Of a stretch of DNA of 64,000 bases, positions 49,140 to 58,845 are shown in pieces. Numbering within the stretch: position 1 is the first letter of the stretch; the number at the start of each line of letters is the position of its first letter. The DNA lies in assembly GCA_007135805.1 (NCBI GenBank), contig SLID01000099.1, forward strand, positions 1,882 to 65,881. The letters run 5' to 3'. The notes under the pieces are model-generated. The model did not search any database, had not been told where the DNA came from, and worked only from the letters and a program-made list of their open reading frames with translations. The stretch is from Candidatus Omnitrophota bacterium (GTDB taxonomy: Bacteria > Omnitrophota > Gorgyraeia > Tantalellales > Tantalellaceae). Position numbers and translations under genes: made by a program.

Positions 49140-49424
49140 ATGACCAAGAAAGACATAATACTGAAAATATCCGAGGAGACGGGTTTCAAACAGGTGGACG
49201 TGAAAGAGGTCGTACAAAGGACCTTCGACACCATAGTCGACAGCCTGAGTGCCGGAGATAAGGTGGAGCTCAGAAATTTCGGTATTTTCAAAGTGAAGAC
49301 CAGGAAGGGCAGAATGGGGCGAAACCCCAGGACCGGCGACGGGGTCTCTATCCCCGACAAGAAGGTAGTATCTTTCAAAGCCGGCATGAAAATGAAAGTA
49401 GATGTTGAAGCTCCAAAAGCTTGA
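49140..49424 (+). CDS. HU/IHF family DNA-binding protein
   Basis: MTKKDI, VELRNFGIF, GRNPRTG, FKAG. Confidence 0.96.
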   Translation: MTKKDIILKISEETGFKQVDVKEVVQRTFDTIVDSLSAGDKVELRNFGIFKVKTRKGRMGRNPRTGDGVSIPDKKVVSFKAGMKMKVDVEAPKA

Positions 49425-49460
49425 CATTTTCCGGTACTTTTATAAGGGAGAGGAAGTGAA

Positions 49461-50720
49461 GTGGGAGAGCTGAAGTACAGGTCCCTGAGGGGAATGCCCG
49501 ATATTATGCCGGAACGCGCCGGCAGAATGCGTTTAGTTGAAGATACCGCTAGAAAGATCTTCAAGCTCTACGGATATCGTGAGATCAGCACACCTATACT
49601 CGAAGCCACCGAGGTTTTTACCACCGGTATCGGTGAGGATACCGACATAGTCGAAAAAGAGATGTATACTTTCAGCGACAGGGGAGGTAAAAGCGTATCT
49701 CTGAGACCCGAAGGGACCGCGCCTATGATAAGGGCTTTCATTGAAAACGGTTTCGGGAACACGCCTGACATTTTCAGGTTTTTTTATTCCGGTCCGATGT
49801 TCAGGGGAGAGCGGCCTCAAAAGGGCAGGCTCAGGCAGTTCCACCAGATAGGGGCGGAGATAATCGGCTCCTATGATCCCTACGCTGACGCGGAACTGAT
49901 ACTTACCCTGGAGAAGATATTACGCCGTTTAAAGGTTGAAGGACATCAGATCCTTATTAACTCTCTGGGGTGCGCGTCGGATAGAAAAGAGTATGCCAAA
50001 ATATTGGCCGGCCATTTCAACCGGCATATAGGGAAACTCTGCGAGGATTGTGTGAGGAGAGCTTCCGGTAATGTGCTTCGGGTGCTTGACTGTAAAGCGG
50101 CGGGTTGCAAAGAGGTTTCCCGGGAGGCGCCGGAGATAACGGGATATCTCTGCGGCGATTGCGAGAGCTCATACAGGGATATCAGGGATATATTGGCCCG
50201 GGAGGGTGTGCCTTTCGTAGAGAGAACGAGCCTGGTAAGAGGATTGGACTACTATACGGGAGTCATATTTGAGGTGATCCATCCGGCCCTCGGCGCTCAG
50301 GATGCGCTCGCGGCCGGGGGACGTTACGACGGTCTTTGTTCCAGGATGGGCGGGCCCAGTGTGGGAGCGACCGGCTACGCTGTGGGAGTTGAACGTCTCA
50401 TAATGGCTGTCCCGGAAGAACAATGTGAGACAGGTTCTCCGGGTATCTTCATTATTCCCTTGGAGGAAAGTTTCAAACCGGCGGCTTTCAGGCTTGTGGA
50501 AAAATTCAGGGAGATGGCCGTATCATGCGACATGGACCTTACCGGACGTTCTGTCAGGGCCCAGATGCGGAAAGCGGGTAAAGAGGAGAGGGACATTGTT
50601 ATTTTTGTCGACGAGGCCCTGGAAACAGACGGCAGGGTCTCAGTGAAAAGTATGGTTTCAGGCGAACAGTATGATACCGGGGTCGATGATCTTGTGGAAA
50701 AAATCAGGAAGGACCAGTAA
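49461..50720 (+). CDS. hisS: Histidine--tRNA ligase
   Basis: KEMYTF, LRPEGTA, RPQKGRLRQFHQ, LVRGLDYY, GGRYD. Confidence 0.98.
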   Translation: MGELKYRSLRGMPDIMPERAGRMRLVEDTARKIFKLYGYREISTPILEATEVFTTGIGEDTDIVEKEMYTFSDRGGKSVSLRPEGTAPMIRAFIENGFGNTPDIFRFFYSGPMFRGERPQKGRLRQFHQIGAEIIGSYDPYADAELILTLEKILRRLKVEGHQILINSLGCASDRKEYAKILAGHFNRHIGKLCEDCVRRASGNVLRVLDCKAAGCKEVSREAPEITGYLCGDCESSYRDIRDILAREGVPFVERTSLVRGLDYYTGVIFEVIHPALGAQDALAAGGRYDGLCSRMGGPSVGATGYAVGVERLIMAVPEEQCETGSPGIFIIPLEESFKPAAFRLVEKFREMAVSCDMDLTGRSVRAQMRKAGKEERDIVIFVDEALETDGRVSVKSMVSGEQYDTGVDDLVEKIRKDQ

Positions 50721-50724
50721 AAGT

Positions 50725-52503
50725 ATGATAAGGACGCATAATTGCGGAGAATTAGGCGATAAAGATCAGGGGCAAGAAGTTGTGCTTGCCGGGTGGGTAG
50801 CTTCCCGAAGGGATCACGGTGACATAATTTTCATGGATCTAAGGGATGAGCACGGTGTGACGCAGATAGTCTTTGATCCCAACAGGAACAGCGCCGCGCA
50901 CGCTACCGCGCATGAGTTGAGAAATGAGTACTGTGTCAAGGTCACTGGTAAAGTTTCACCTCGTCCCGAGGGTACGGTGAATACTGGTATCAGTACGGGG
51001 TTGATCGAGGTGGATGTGGAAAAAGTCGAGATATTGTCAGCTTCGGGAACCCTTCCTTTCGAGATCAAGGACATATCAACGGTTTCGGAAGATATACGTT
51101 TAAAGTACAGGTACCTTGATCTCAGGCGGGCTCCCATGAGAAACAAGTTAAAGATACGCCACAATGTGTCCCGGTGCGTGTATGAATTTCTGGACAGCGA
51201 AGGTTTTATCTCTGTTGAAACCCCCATGCTGACGCGGTCTACTCCGGAGGGGGCGAGAGATTACGTCGTTCCCTCACGTCTGCAGCAGGCAAGTTTTTAT
51301 GCGCTTCCTCAGTCTCCCCAGATATTCAAACAGCTTCTTATGGTAGCGGGTGTGGAAAAATATTTCCAGATCGCCCGTTGTTTCCGGGATGAGGATCTCA
51401 GGGCCGACAGGCAGCCCGAGTTTACCCAGATAGATATGGAGATGTCTTTTGTGGAACAGGACGATGTGCTTGATGTGTGCGAGCGCATGTTCAAAAAGAT
51501 CTTCACGGATGTGGCAGGCAAGGATATCGAGTTGCCTTTCAGGCGTATGGGTTATAGCGAGGCTATGGACATTTACGGTACAGACAAGCCGGACACAAGG
51601 TTCAATGTGCTGATAAGTGATATAACTGATGACGTGAAAGCCTGCGATTTCAAGGTTTTCAGGTCGGTCGTGGACTCCGGTGGAAGCATAAAGGCCCTGG
51701 CCGCCCCCGGCTACGGGTCAATAAGCCGTAAAGAGATTGACGGCCTGATCTCTTTTGTCTCGGAATACGGCGCGAAAGGACTGGCTTATTTCAAGGTTGA
51801 GGAGGGCGGTCTTTCTTCCCAGATATCCAAGTTTTTCAGTGAACAGGAACTGCGGGCCGTAAAGGAGCGGACCGGCGCTTCGCCTGGCGATATGATATTT
51901 ATCGTAGCCGACCGGAAAGAGGTGGTCTGCGCTTCTTTGGCGGCTCTCCGGCTCAAGATAGGAAGGGACGCCGGACTTATCGACAGTTCGAGGCATGACT
52001 TCCTATGGATAGTGGATTTCCCGCTTTTCCAGTTCAGTGAGGACGAGAAAAAATGGGTCTCGGAACATCATCCTTTTACCTCGCCCGCTCCGGAAGACCT
52101 GTGTTTTCTTGACAGCGGTGATCTCGGGAAGATAAGGTCAATGTCATATGACCTGGTCCTTAACGGCAGCGAAATAGGTTCAGGGAGTATAAGGATACAC
52201 AACAGGGATATCCAGGAAAAGGTTTTTTCAGCGCTTGGCCTGAGCGAGCAAGAGCGGCGCGAGAAATTCGGGTTTCTGCTCGACGCTTTCGGATATGGGG
52301 CGCCCCCGCACGGAGGCGTAGCTTTTGGTATGGACCGGCTCATAACGCTTTTTACGGGGGACGGTTCTATACGCGAGGTCATCCCGTTTCCCAAGACCCA
52401 GAAAGGTGTTTGTCCCCTCACAGGGGCCCCCTCAGGGGTCTCTGATACCCAGTTGAGGGATCTTGGCATAAAGATGCGCAGGGTGAAAAGCGAGGACTGT
52501 TAG
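50725..52503 (+). CDS. aspS: Aspartate--tRNA ligase, likely non-discriminating Asp/Asn type
   Basis: RTHNCG, PEGARDY, LPQSPQ, RQPEFTQ, PPHGG; His in RDHG and Gly in RPEG.VN are the residues associated with non-discriminating AspRS. Confidence 0.97.
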   Translation: MIRTHNCGELGDKDQGQEVVLAGWVASRRDHGDIIFMDLRDEHGVTQIVFDPNRNSAAHATAHELRNEYCVKVTGKVSPRPEGTVNTGISTGLIEVDVEKVEILSASGTLPFEIKDISTVSEDIRLKYRYLDLRRAPMRNKLKIRHNVSRCVYEFLDSEGFISVETPMLTRSTPEGARDYVVPSRLQQASFYALPQSPQIFKQLLMVAGVEKYFQIARCFRDEDLRADRQPEFTQIDMEMSFVEQDDVLDVCERMFKKIFTDVAGKDIELPFRRMGYSEAMDIYGTDKPDTRFNVLISDITDDVKACDFKVFRSVVDSGGSIKALAAPGYGSISRKEIDGLISFVSEYGAKGLAYFKVEEGGLSSQISKFFSEQELRAVKERTGASPGDMIFIVADRKEVVCASLAALRLKIGRDAGLIDSSRHDFLWIVDFPLFQFSEDEKKWVSEHHPFTSPAPEDLCFLDSGDLGKIRSMSYDLVLNGSEIGSGSIRIHNRDIQEKVFSALGLSEQERREKFGFLLDAFGYGAPPHGGVAFGMDRLITLFTGDGSIREVIPFPKTQKGVCPLTGAPSGVSDTQLRDLGIKMRRVKSEDC

Positions 52504-52531
52504 CGGTTCCCGCAAAAACAGGAGGTTATCT

Positions 52532-52924
52532 ATGAAAAGAAACATTTTTTTCGCTTTGCTGGCAGTTGTTTTTATGGCGGCCTTTCTTGTCGAGACCGCC
52601 GCGGGAGTCGATATATATACTTTCAGAAGGGAACGCGTTGATCAGGAACTTGAGGGGAACCGGGGATATATCGTAGGCAGTCCTCCTCCCGTTGAGGAAA
52701 GGGGGCCCAGAAAACGCACGTTGATAGGCATCGACATAGAATTGCCTTTTTTCTGGCGCAGAGATCCTGGTGAGGAGGCATATGTTGAGGCCGATAAGGC
52801 GCCTCTCACTAAGGAAACCGCTTTGGTGGGCGAAACCCCTGTTACGGAGCGGGATGTCCAGGAGGAGAAAGACAGGTGGGAAGATATTGACGACGGCTGG
52901 ATAGATGACGACTGGATCAAATAA
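52532..52924 (+). CDS. Hypothetical exported protein
   Basis: SD AGGAGG; signal peptide MKRNIFFALLAVVFMAAFLVETAAG; fills the aspS-phoH gap. Confidence 0.75.
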   Translation: MKRNIFFALLAVVFMAAFLVETAAGVDIYTFRRERVDQELEGNRGYIVGSPPPVEERGPRKRTLIGIDIELPFFWRRDPGEEAYVEADKAPLTKETALVGETPVTERDVQEEKDRWEDIDDGWIDDDWIK

Positions 52925-52934
52925 CGGATCTGCA

Positions 52935-53894
52935 ATGGCTGAAGTTCTAATAAAAATAAGTGACGATTCGGAAGCCAGAAGTTTCTTCGGGAAACATGAC
53001 GAGAACCTCAGGATGGTAGAAGCTTCTACGGGAGTGAGGACTTTTTTCAGAGAAGGTACGCTCAAGATCACCGCGGATGATCCCGAGGCTCTTTCAAGAG
53101 CGGCAGGTATGGTGAGGGGTATGCTTGAGGTAGTCAGAAGAGGGGGGTGTTTTTCGCGTGAGGATATGGCCCGGGCTGTCCGCTCTTACAGCGAGGAAAA
53201 GGGATTGGAGAATGTATTTACCGACCGGATAGAGGTGAGTTCGAAAAAAGCGCATGTCAAACCGCGAAGCGCCGGGCAGAAAAGATATATAGACGCTATC
53301 AGGAAAAATGATATCGTCTTCGCGATAGGGCCGGCAGGCACCGGTAAGACTTATCTTGCCATGGCCATGGCGGTCAACGCTCTTCGTAAGGACCTGGTAT
53401 CACGCATAATCCTGACGCGCCCCGCGGTGGAAGCGGGCGAGAGTCTGGGGTTTCTTCCCGGGGACATATACGAGAAAGTAAACCCGTACCTCAGGCCTCT
53501 CTACGATGCGCTATACGATATGATGGATCCCCATACGATAAAAGAGCATATCGCCGAGGGAATTATAGAGGTCGCTCCGCTGGCTTACATGAGGGGACGT
53601 ACTCTGAACGATTCTTTTATCATAATGGACGAGGCGCAGAATTCAACGCCTGATCAGATGAAAATGTTCCTTACTCGTCTGGGATTTGATTCAAAGACGG
53701 TAATAACCGGGGATGTGACCCAGAGTGACCTTCCGAGGGGGAAGAAATCGGGGCTTTTGAACGCCAGGGATATCCTTGACAATATACCCGGGATAAAGTT
53801 CGCGTTCCTGAAAGGGGAGGATGTTGTCAGGCATGAGCTTGTGCAGAAGATCATCGAGGTATACAAAAAAGAAGGCGGGGATATCGGTGGCTAA
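52935..53894 (+). CDS. phoH: PhoH family ATPase
   Basis: GPAGTGKT, TRPAVEAGE.LGFLPG, YMRGRT, DEAQN, DVVRH. Confidence 0.96.
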   Translation: MAEVLIKISDDSEARSFFGKHDENLRMVEASTGVRTFFREGTLKITADDPEALSRAAGMVRGMLEVVRRGGCFSREDMARAVRSYSEEKGLENVFTDRIEVSSKKAHVKPRSAGQKRYIDAIRKNDIVFAIGPAGTGKTYLAMAMAVNALRKDLVSRIILTRPAVEAGESLGFLPGDIYEKVNPYLRPLYDALYDMMDPHTIKEHIAEGIIEVAPLAYMRGRTLNDSFIIMDEAQNSTPDQMKMFLTRLGFDSKTVITGDVTQSDLPRGKKSGLLNARDILDNIPGIKFAFLKGEDVVRHELVQKIIEVYKKEGGDIGG

Positions 53895-56199
53895 AGAAAA
53901 GGTTAAGGACAGATCGGTGGCTAAACCTGGCGTGTCGGGGAAAAAAGGCTGGCAGGCGCGTGTATGGGGATTTGTTTCAAGTAAAGAGTTTTTGTCGGGA
54001 GCCATTATCTTTGTCTTTTTCTCGGGAGCCCTTTTAAGCATGTTCATTAATCCCCAGTTCCATCAGGTGGGCCTGTATGAAGGTGATGTGGCCCTGAAAG
54101 ACGTTTTCGCGCCGTATGACTTCGTATACTCATGGGGGGTGGACCAGGCAAAGACCGATGACATCAAAAGGGACGCGGCCCGCGCGGTGCCGTATGTTTT
54201 CGTAAAGGACCTTTCAGCGGAAGAAAAAACATTTGCCGGACTTAAAGGGTTCTTCAGTACAGTGGAAAAGGAAAAAGCCCTTGATATTCCGATGACGGAA
54301 AAGATCAGGTCAATACGGGATATCTCGGTTGACGACCTTACGGAAAGGGACATAAGGAACCTTCTGGAGTTCCAGGAGACAGATACTCTTGCCCGGGGGG
54401 CCTTATCTGTAGCGGAGAAAGTCTTTCAAGCGGGTTATTCTTCCGCTGAAGACCTGGAGGATGCCAGGAAAGCGGGGTTTTCCCGAATCGTTATAAAGGA
54501 CGAGCGTACCGGTACCGAGACCGAACGTCCGGTGGAAAAGTTGATAACGAAGGAGGAACTGGTCAGTGTCGTTGAAAACCAGGTCGATCTGCTCTTTCCG
54601 GGAGAACGAAGGATAAGGCAGCCGATGGTCACCGTAATAGAGTCGAAGCTTGTTCCCAACATAACCGGGGATAAGGGGCGTACCACGAAAAGGATAGACG
54701 CCGCGATCGCCGCCGTAAAACCTGTTCCCAAGGAATCGGAAGTCAGAAAGAATGAGATAATAGTCGCTAAAGGGCAAAGAATTACCGCTCAGGATATGGC
54801 CCAGCTCAAGCATATCAGCGGATTTTTAAGGCAGGGTACCACTTTGGGCTCGTTTATTGGCTCGGTTATTTTCTTTTTTCTCATAGGGTTGCTGGCGTTC
54901 GCGTATCTATCCTTTTCCAGGGAAAAAAATTTTTTCAAAGACGTCAAAAATACTGCCATAGTTGTATTAAACATGTCCATAGCCCTGGTCCTCGCGGAGA
55001 TGGTACTGCGGTCACCCCAACCCAGCTACTTTATGCCGCTGGCTTTTATGGGCATGATAATAACGCTGCTTGTCGGAGTGAACGTGGGTTTTCTGAGCCT
55101 TATGCTTATGAGCGTTTTTCTTTCGGTGATTTCCGGGGGGAACGTGGAAGTGATGTTCGTTCTTTTTGCCGCCGGAACCGTCGGGATATATTCTATCCGG
55201 GATTGCCGCAGACGTTCGGATATATTGCGAGCGGGGCTTTTTGTGGGTATCGCCAAACTTGTGGCTATAGTGAGCGTGGGGCTTATGAACAATCTGGAAG
55301 CTGAGATATTCATAAGGGACGGGTTCTGGGGAATGGCCAGCGGCGCGTTTTCCGCTTTTCTGGTCATGGGCCTGCTTCCGGTGTTTGAGTATCTGTTCAA
55401 GGTTCCAACCAACATAACGCTTCTGGAATTGTCCGACCTAAACCACCCGCTTCTTAAAAAACTCTCCATAGAAGCCCCTGGTACATACCACCACAGCATA
55501 CTGGTCGGTAATCTCGCCGAAGCCGCCTGCGACGCTGTGGGGGCCAACAGCCTTCTCGCCAGGGTAGGCGCGTACTATCATGACATAGGGAAAATACCCA
55601 AAGCCGAATATTTCAGCGAGAACGAAATGGGCGCTCCTTCGCGCCATGACAAGCTTTTGCCTTCCATGAGCGCTCTCATAATATCCAATCATGTGAAAGA
55701 GGGCGTAGAGATGGCTAAGAAGCACAAACTGCAGCGCAACATCGTCGACCTCATAGGGCAGCACCATGGTAACAGTCTCATAGCTTACTTTTACAAAAAG
55801 GCCCTGGAAAAGTCCAGTGACAAATCACAGCTGAAGGAGGCAAATTTCAGGTATCCCGGTCCCCGGCCCCAGACCCGGGAAAGCGCTATCATATTGTTGG
55901 CGGATTCAGTGGAAGCGTCCTGCCGGGCTCTTGAGGAACCCACGTCCGCGGGTATAAGGATGCTGGTAAAAAAGATAATAAACAACAAGTTCATAGACGG
56001 ACAGCTTGATGAATGCGACCTTACCCTGAAGGGAATAGAAAAGATAGCGTCCAGTTTTGAGAGAGTACTCATAGGCATATACCACACGCGTCTCAACTAT
56101 CCGTCTTCCCCGACAGAGAAGGAGACCGCTAACGGGAAACGCTCTGATGCGAATAAGCGTGGAAGATCAAAATCCGACAAGGAAAACAGACCTCAATGA
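53887..56199 (+). CDS. 7TM-HD phosphohydrolase (PgpH-like c-di-AMP phosphodiesterase family)
   Basis: Extracellular domain, 7 TM segments, APGTYHHS, YYHDIGK, QHHG, FRYPGPRPQ, LADSVEA. Confidence 0.9.
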   Translation: MAKEKVKDRSVAKPGVSGKKGWQARVWGFVSSKEFLSGAIIFVFFSGALLSMFINPQFHQVGLYEGDVALKDVFAPYDFVYSWGVDQAKTDDIKRDAARAVPYVFVKDLSAEEKTFAGLKGFFSTVEKEKALDIPMTEKIRSIRDISVDDLTERDIRNLLEFQETDTLARGALSVAEKVFQAGYSSAEDLEDARKAGFSRIVIKDERTGTETERPVEKLITKEELVSVVENQVDLLFPGERRIRQPMVTVIESKLVPNITGDKGRTTKRIDAAIAAVKPVPKESEVRKNEIIVAKGQRITAQDMAQLKHISGFLRQGTTLGSFIGSVIFFFLIGLLAFAYLSFSREKNFFKDVKNTAIVVLNMSIALVLAEMVLRSPQPSYFMPLAFMGMIITLLVGVNVGFLSLMLMSVFLSVISGGNVEVMFVLFAAGTVGIYSIRDCRRRSDILRAGLFVGIAKLVAIVSVGLMNNLEAEIFIRDGFWGMASGAFSAFLVMGLLPVFEYLFKVPTNITLLELSDLNHPLLKKLSIEAPGTYHHSILVGNLAEAACDAVGANSLLARVGAYYHDIGKIPKAEYFSENEMGAPSRHDKLLPSMSALIISNHVKEGVEMAKKHKLQRNIVDLIGQHHGNSLIAYFYKKALEKSSDKSQLKEANFRYPGPRPQTRESAIILLADSVEASCRALEEPTSAGIRMLVKKIINNKFIDGQLDECDLTLKGIEKIASSFERVLIGIYHTRLNYPSSPTEKETANGKRSDANKRGRSKSDKENRPQ

Positions 56200-56611
56200 G
56201 ATAAAGCGTGTGGCCGATAAAGCTGTGAGGAGCGTATTCGGTAAAGCGTCTTTTGAGCTGAATATAGTCCTCGTGACAGACGCCAGGATAAAGGCCATGA
56301 ATAGAAAATATCTCAACGAGAACAGGGTAACGGATGTTCTGGCTTTCCCGGGACCGGGCTCAGATGGCAGAAGCGGCATGTTCGGCAGCGATCGGGCGAA
56401 ATTTCTTGGAGATATAGCTATTTCGTCGGATCGCGCCGCCCGTAACGCGGTGCTTTACGGTGTTCCTTTCAACGAGGAGGTGGCCCGGTATGTAGTTCAC
56501 GGAGTGCTGCACCTGGCGGGCTATGATGACGCTTCACGGTCCGGAAAAGAAAAAATGACCGAGAAAGAGGATGATATACTTGAAGAGGCCTTCAAGAAAA
56601 AACAAAAATGA
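56147..56611 (+). CDS. ybeY: rRNA maturation endoribonuclease YbeY
   Basis: TDVLAF, LGDIAIS, HGVLHLAGYDD. Confidence 0.93.
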   Translation: MRISVEDQNPTRKTDLNEIKRVADKAVRSVFGKASFELNIVLVTDARIKAMNRKYLNENRVTDVLAFPGPGSDGRSGMFGSDRAKFLGDIAISSDRAARNAVLYGVPFNEEVARYVVHGVLHLAGYDDASRSGKEKMTEKEDDILEEAFKKKQK

Positions 56612-57299
56612 TTTTTTAGCGAGTTTCAGTTTCGCCCTGGACTGAATTGTCCATACCCTCAGGTCGGAAAGGAACATGCGTATACATTTTCTGCTGGGTT
56701 TTCTGGTCCTGGTGGGCGGCATATACCTGAGTCTGTCTCCCCTCGAATTCATGTTGCTCAGCGTGACAGTCTGCTTTGTTCTCATAACTGAAATGTTCAA
56801 TACCGCGATCGAGCACGTGGTTGACCTGGTTGAGACAACCCATAACCCTCTGGCCAAGATAATAAAGGATGTGGCGGCAGGGGCTGTGTTCGTCGCCGCG
56901 GTGAACGCGGCGATAGTCGGCTATTTGATAGCCGTCAGGCAGGTGGACTGGTCTTCGGGGCCGGTCATGGCGGACCGTCTCAGGAATTCGCCGTGGCATA
57001 TCACACTCATAGCTCTTATCGTGGTGGTGGGTCTCGTCTTTGCCATAAAGGTCATCCGCCACGAGAAGACGCTTTTGAGCGGAGGCATGCCGAGCGGACA
57101 TGCCGCGGTATCCTGTTCCATTTGGGTGGCAGTATCTTTTGTTACGGGTAACTCTCTTGTGTCTATTATGGTGTTTTTCATGGCGCTTCTTGTCACGAGA
57201 AGCCGTGTGACCATGGGTGTTCACAACGTATGGGAAGTGGTAGCGGGCGCTCTTTTAGGAGCCCTGGTCACATTGCTTGTTTTTCAGTGGGTGGGATGA
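56580..57299 (+). pseudogene. dgkA: Diacylglycerol/undecaprenol kinase-PAP2 fusion interrupted by an in-frame TGA at 56643-56645 (remaining ORF 56676-57299)
   Basis: From TTG 56580: MKRPSRKNKNDFLASFSFALD*IVHTLRSERNMRIHF; EMFNTAIE, KDVAAGAV; PAP2 motifs GMPSGH and SRV..GVH...EV..G. Confidence 0.7.
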
Positions 57300-57375
57300 C
57301 GGGTTGACGCCGTGCCTCATCAAGTCCCCCAAAAAACCGGAAAACGTCACGGATGTGTCATTTACGGAGGAAAAG

Positions 57376-58008
57376 ATGAAAAAAGCGTTCAACAAGCTTG
57401 TCGTGTACTTCTTCAACGGGATAGTTATTATTCTGCCGGTAGCTGTGACAGTGGCTCTTTTGCGTTTCCTGGTATCAAGTCTCAATAACCTGGTACTGGA
57501 GCCGCTTATGCGTTTCGCGGCGCCCCTTGCCGAAGGATTGAGAGTTTACACGGTTAAAACCGTTATTTTTATCGCTGTAATACTGGTAGTGGCTTCGATA
57601 GGCTGGGGCGCCCGGATAATATTCATAAACAGGATATTTACCCTGGCCGAGCGGTTGCTGCTCAGGGTGCCTTTCATGGGAAGGATATATAACGCGTCAA
57701 AACAGATTTTTTCCTCACTTTTCGGGCAGGGTAAAACGGTTTTCAAACAGGTCGTACTTGTGGAGTATCCGCGAAAAGGGCTTTTTTCCGTGGGTTTTAC
57801 AACGGGTGTGACAAAGGGTGAGTTGCATGCTCTCATCGGCGGAGCCATAAATGTTTTTGTGCCGACAACGCCGAACCCTACCAGCGGCATTTTCATAGTT
57901 GTCCCCAGGGAAGATGTTCGGTTCCTGAAGATGACCGTTGAGGACGGGATGAAACTTATAATATCGGGCGGGTCGGTGTCGCCTGAATATCAACTTGCCG
58001 GGGAATGA
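57376..58008 (+). CDS. DUF502 membrane protein
   Basis: VVLVEYPRKG and VFVPTTPNPTSG motifs; SD GGAGG. Confidence 0.92.
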   Translation: MKKAFNKLVVYFFNGIVIILPVAVTVALLRFLVSSLNNLVLEPLMRFAAPLAEGLRVYTVKTVIFIAVILVVASIGWGARIIFINRIFTLAERLLLRVPFMGRIYNASKQIFSSLFGQGKTVFKQVVLVEYPRKGLFSVGFTTGVTKGELHALIGGAINVFVPTTPNPTSGIFIVVPREDVRFLKMTVEDGMKLIISGGSVSPEYQLAGE

Positions 58009-58012
58009 CCTG

Positions 58013-58774
58013 ATGGGTGTTTTAGAGGCGGAAGGTATCGTTCTCAGGAAATATTATTTAAGGGAAACAAGCTATATTCTTGTCCTATATACCAGGGAGT
58101 TCGGAAAGGTGAGGGGAGTTCTGAAAGGGGTCAGAAAACCTTTTCCGCAGTTCGCCGCTAATTTTGAGATGTTGTCGCTTTGCCGGGTGCTTTTTTATAA
58201 AAAGAAAAAAAGCGTCCTCGACCTAATAACGCATTGCGAGGCAAAAGACTACCACCGAGCTCTGCGTTCAAGCCTTGAAAAGCTTGTTTATGCAAGTTAC
58301 TTCGTGGAACTTGTTGACTCGGTTACACAGGACCACGACCCTAATCCCCTTATTTTCGATATATTGAGGGGAAGCTTGGACATGCTGGGACGCGCCGGCG
58401 GAGCGAAAAGGGTGCGCAGGGTATTCGAGATAAAGTTCCTGGGCGCTCTCGGGTTCAGTCCTCAGGTGGACAGATGTGTGAAGTGTTCCTCTGATGTGGA
58501 AGGAAAGTCCTTTTTTAGCGCCGCCTCAGGTGGTATAATGTGCGGGGGTTGTCGCGATGATAAGAACGGAGGTATGCCGGTCTCATTGGGGACGGCGAAA
58601 TTCATCAGCAAGATCCAACGCAGTGAGATGGACAGAGCGGAACATATAAAGTTGAGCCGTGAAGTCGGCCTCGAGATAGAAAAAATGCTCGACAGTTTCA
58701 TAAGGTACCACATAGGACGTCCGGTGAGATCTTTAAAATTGCTCGGGGATCTTTCGCGTTCAGGGATGGCATAG
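58013..58774 (+). CDS. recO: DNA repair protein RecO
   Basis: EGIVLR...RE...ILVLYT...GK; Zn finger CVKC...CGGC. Confidence 0.93.
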   Translation: MGVLEAEGIVLRKYYLRETSYILVLYTREFGKVRGVLKGVRKPFPQFAANFEMLSLCRVLFYKKKKSVLDLITHCEAKDYHRALRSSLEKLVYASYFVELVDSVTQDHDPNPLIFDILRGSLDMLGRAGGAKRVRRVFEIKFLGALGFSPQVDRCVKCSSDVEGKSFFSAASGGIMCGGCRDDKNGGMPVSLGTAKFISKIQRSEMDRAEHIKLSREVGLEIEKMLDSFIRYHIGRPVRSLKLLGDLSRSGMA

Positions 58775-58845
58775 ATCTTTTTCAGACGCTGTTGCTTTGT
58801 GTTATGGCGGGATAACGGAAACTTTTGAATGGAAAGGCAAGATCA

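Noticed and set aside
49421-49446. TTGACA...TATAAG as a hisS promoter
   Set aside because: The spacer is only 14 bp and it overlaps the HU stop and the hisS SD.
56643-56675. TGA in dgkA as selenocysteine (weak CCTC-AGGTCG-GAAAGG hairpin 11 nt downstream) or as genome-wide TGA=Gly recoding
   Set aside because: The homologous residue is Gly, not Cys, and the stem is only ~4 bp. TGA terminates many genes at their expected ends (e.g. truA, argB, argF), so code 25 does not apply.
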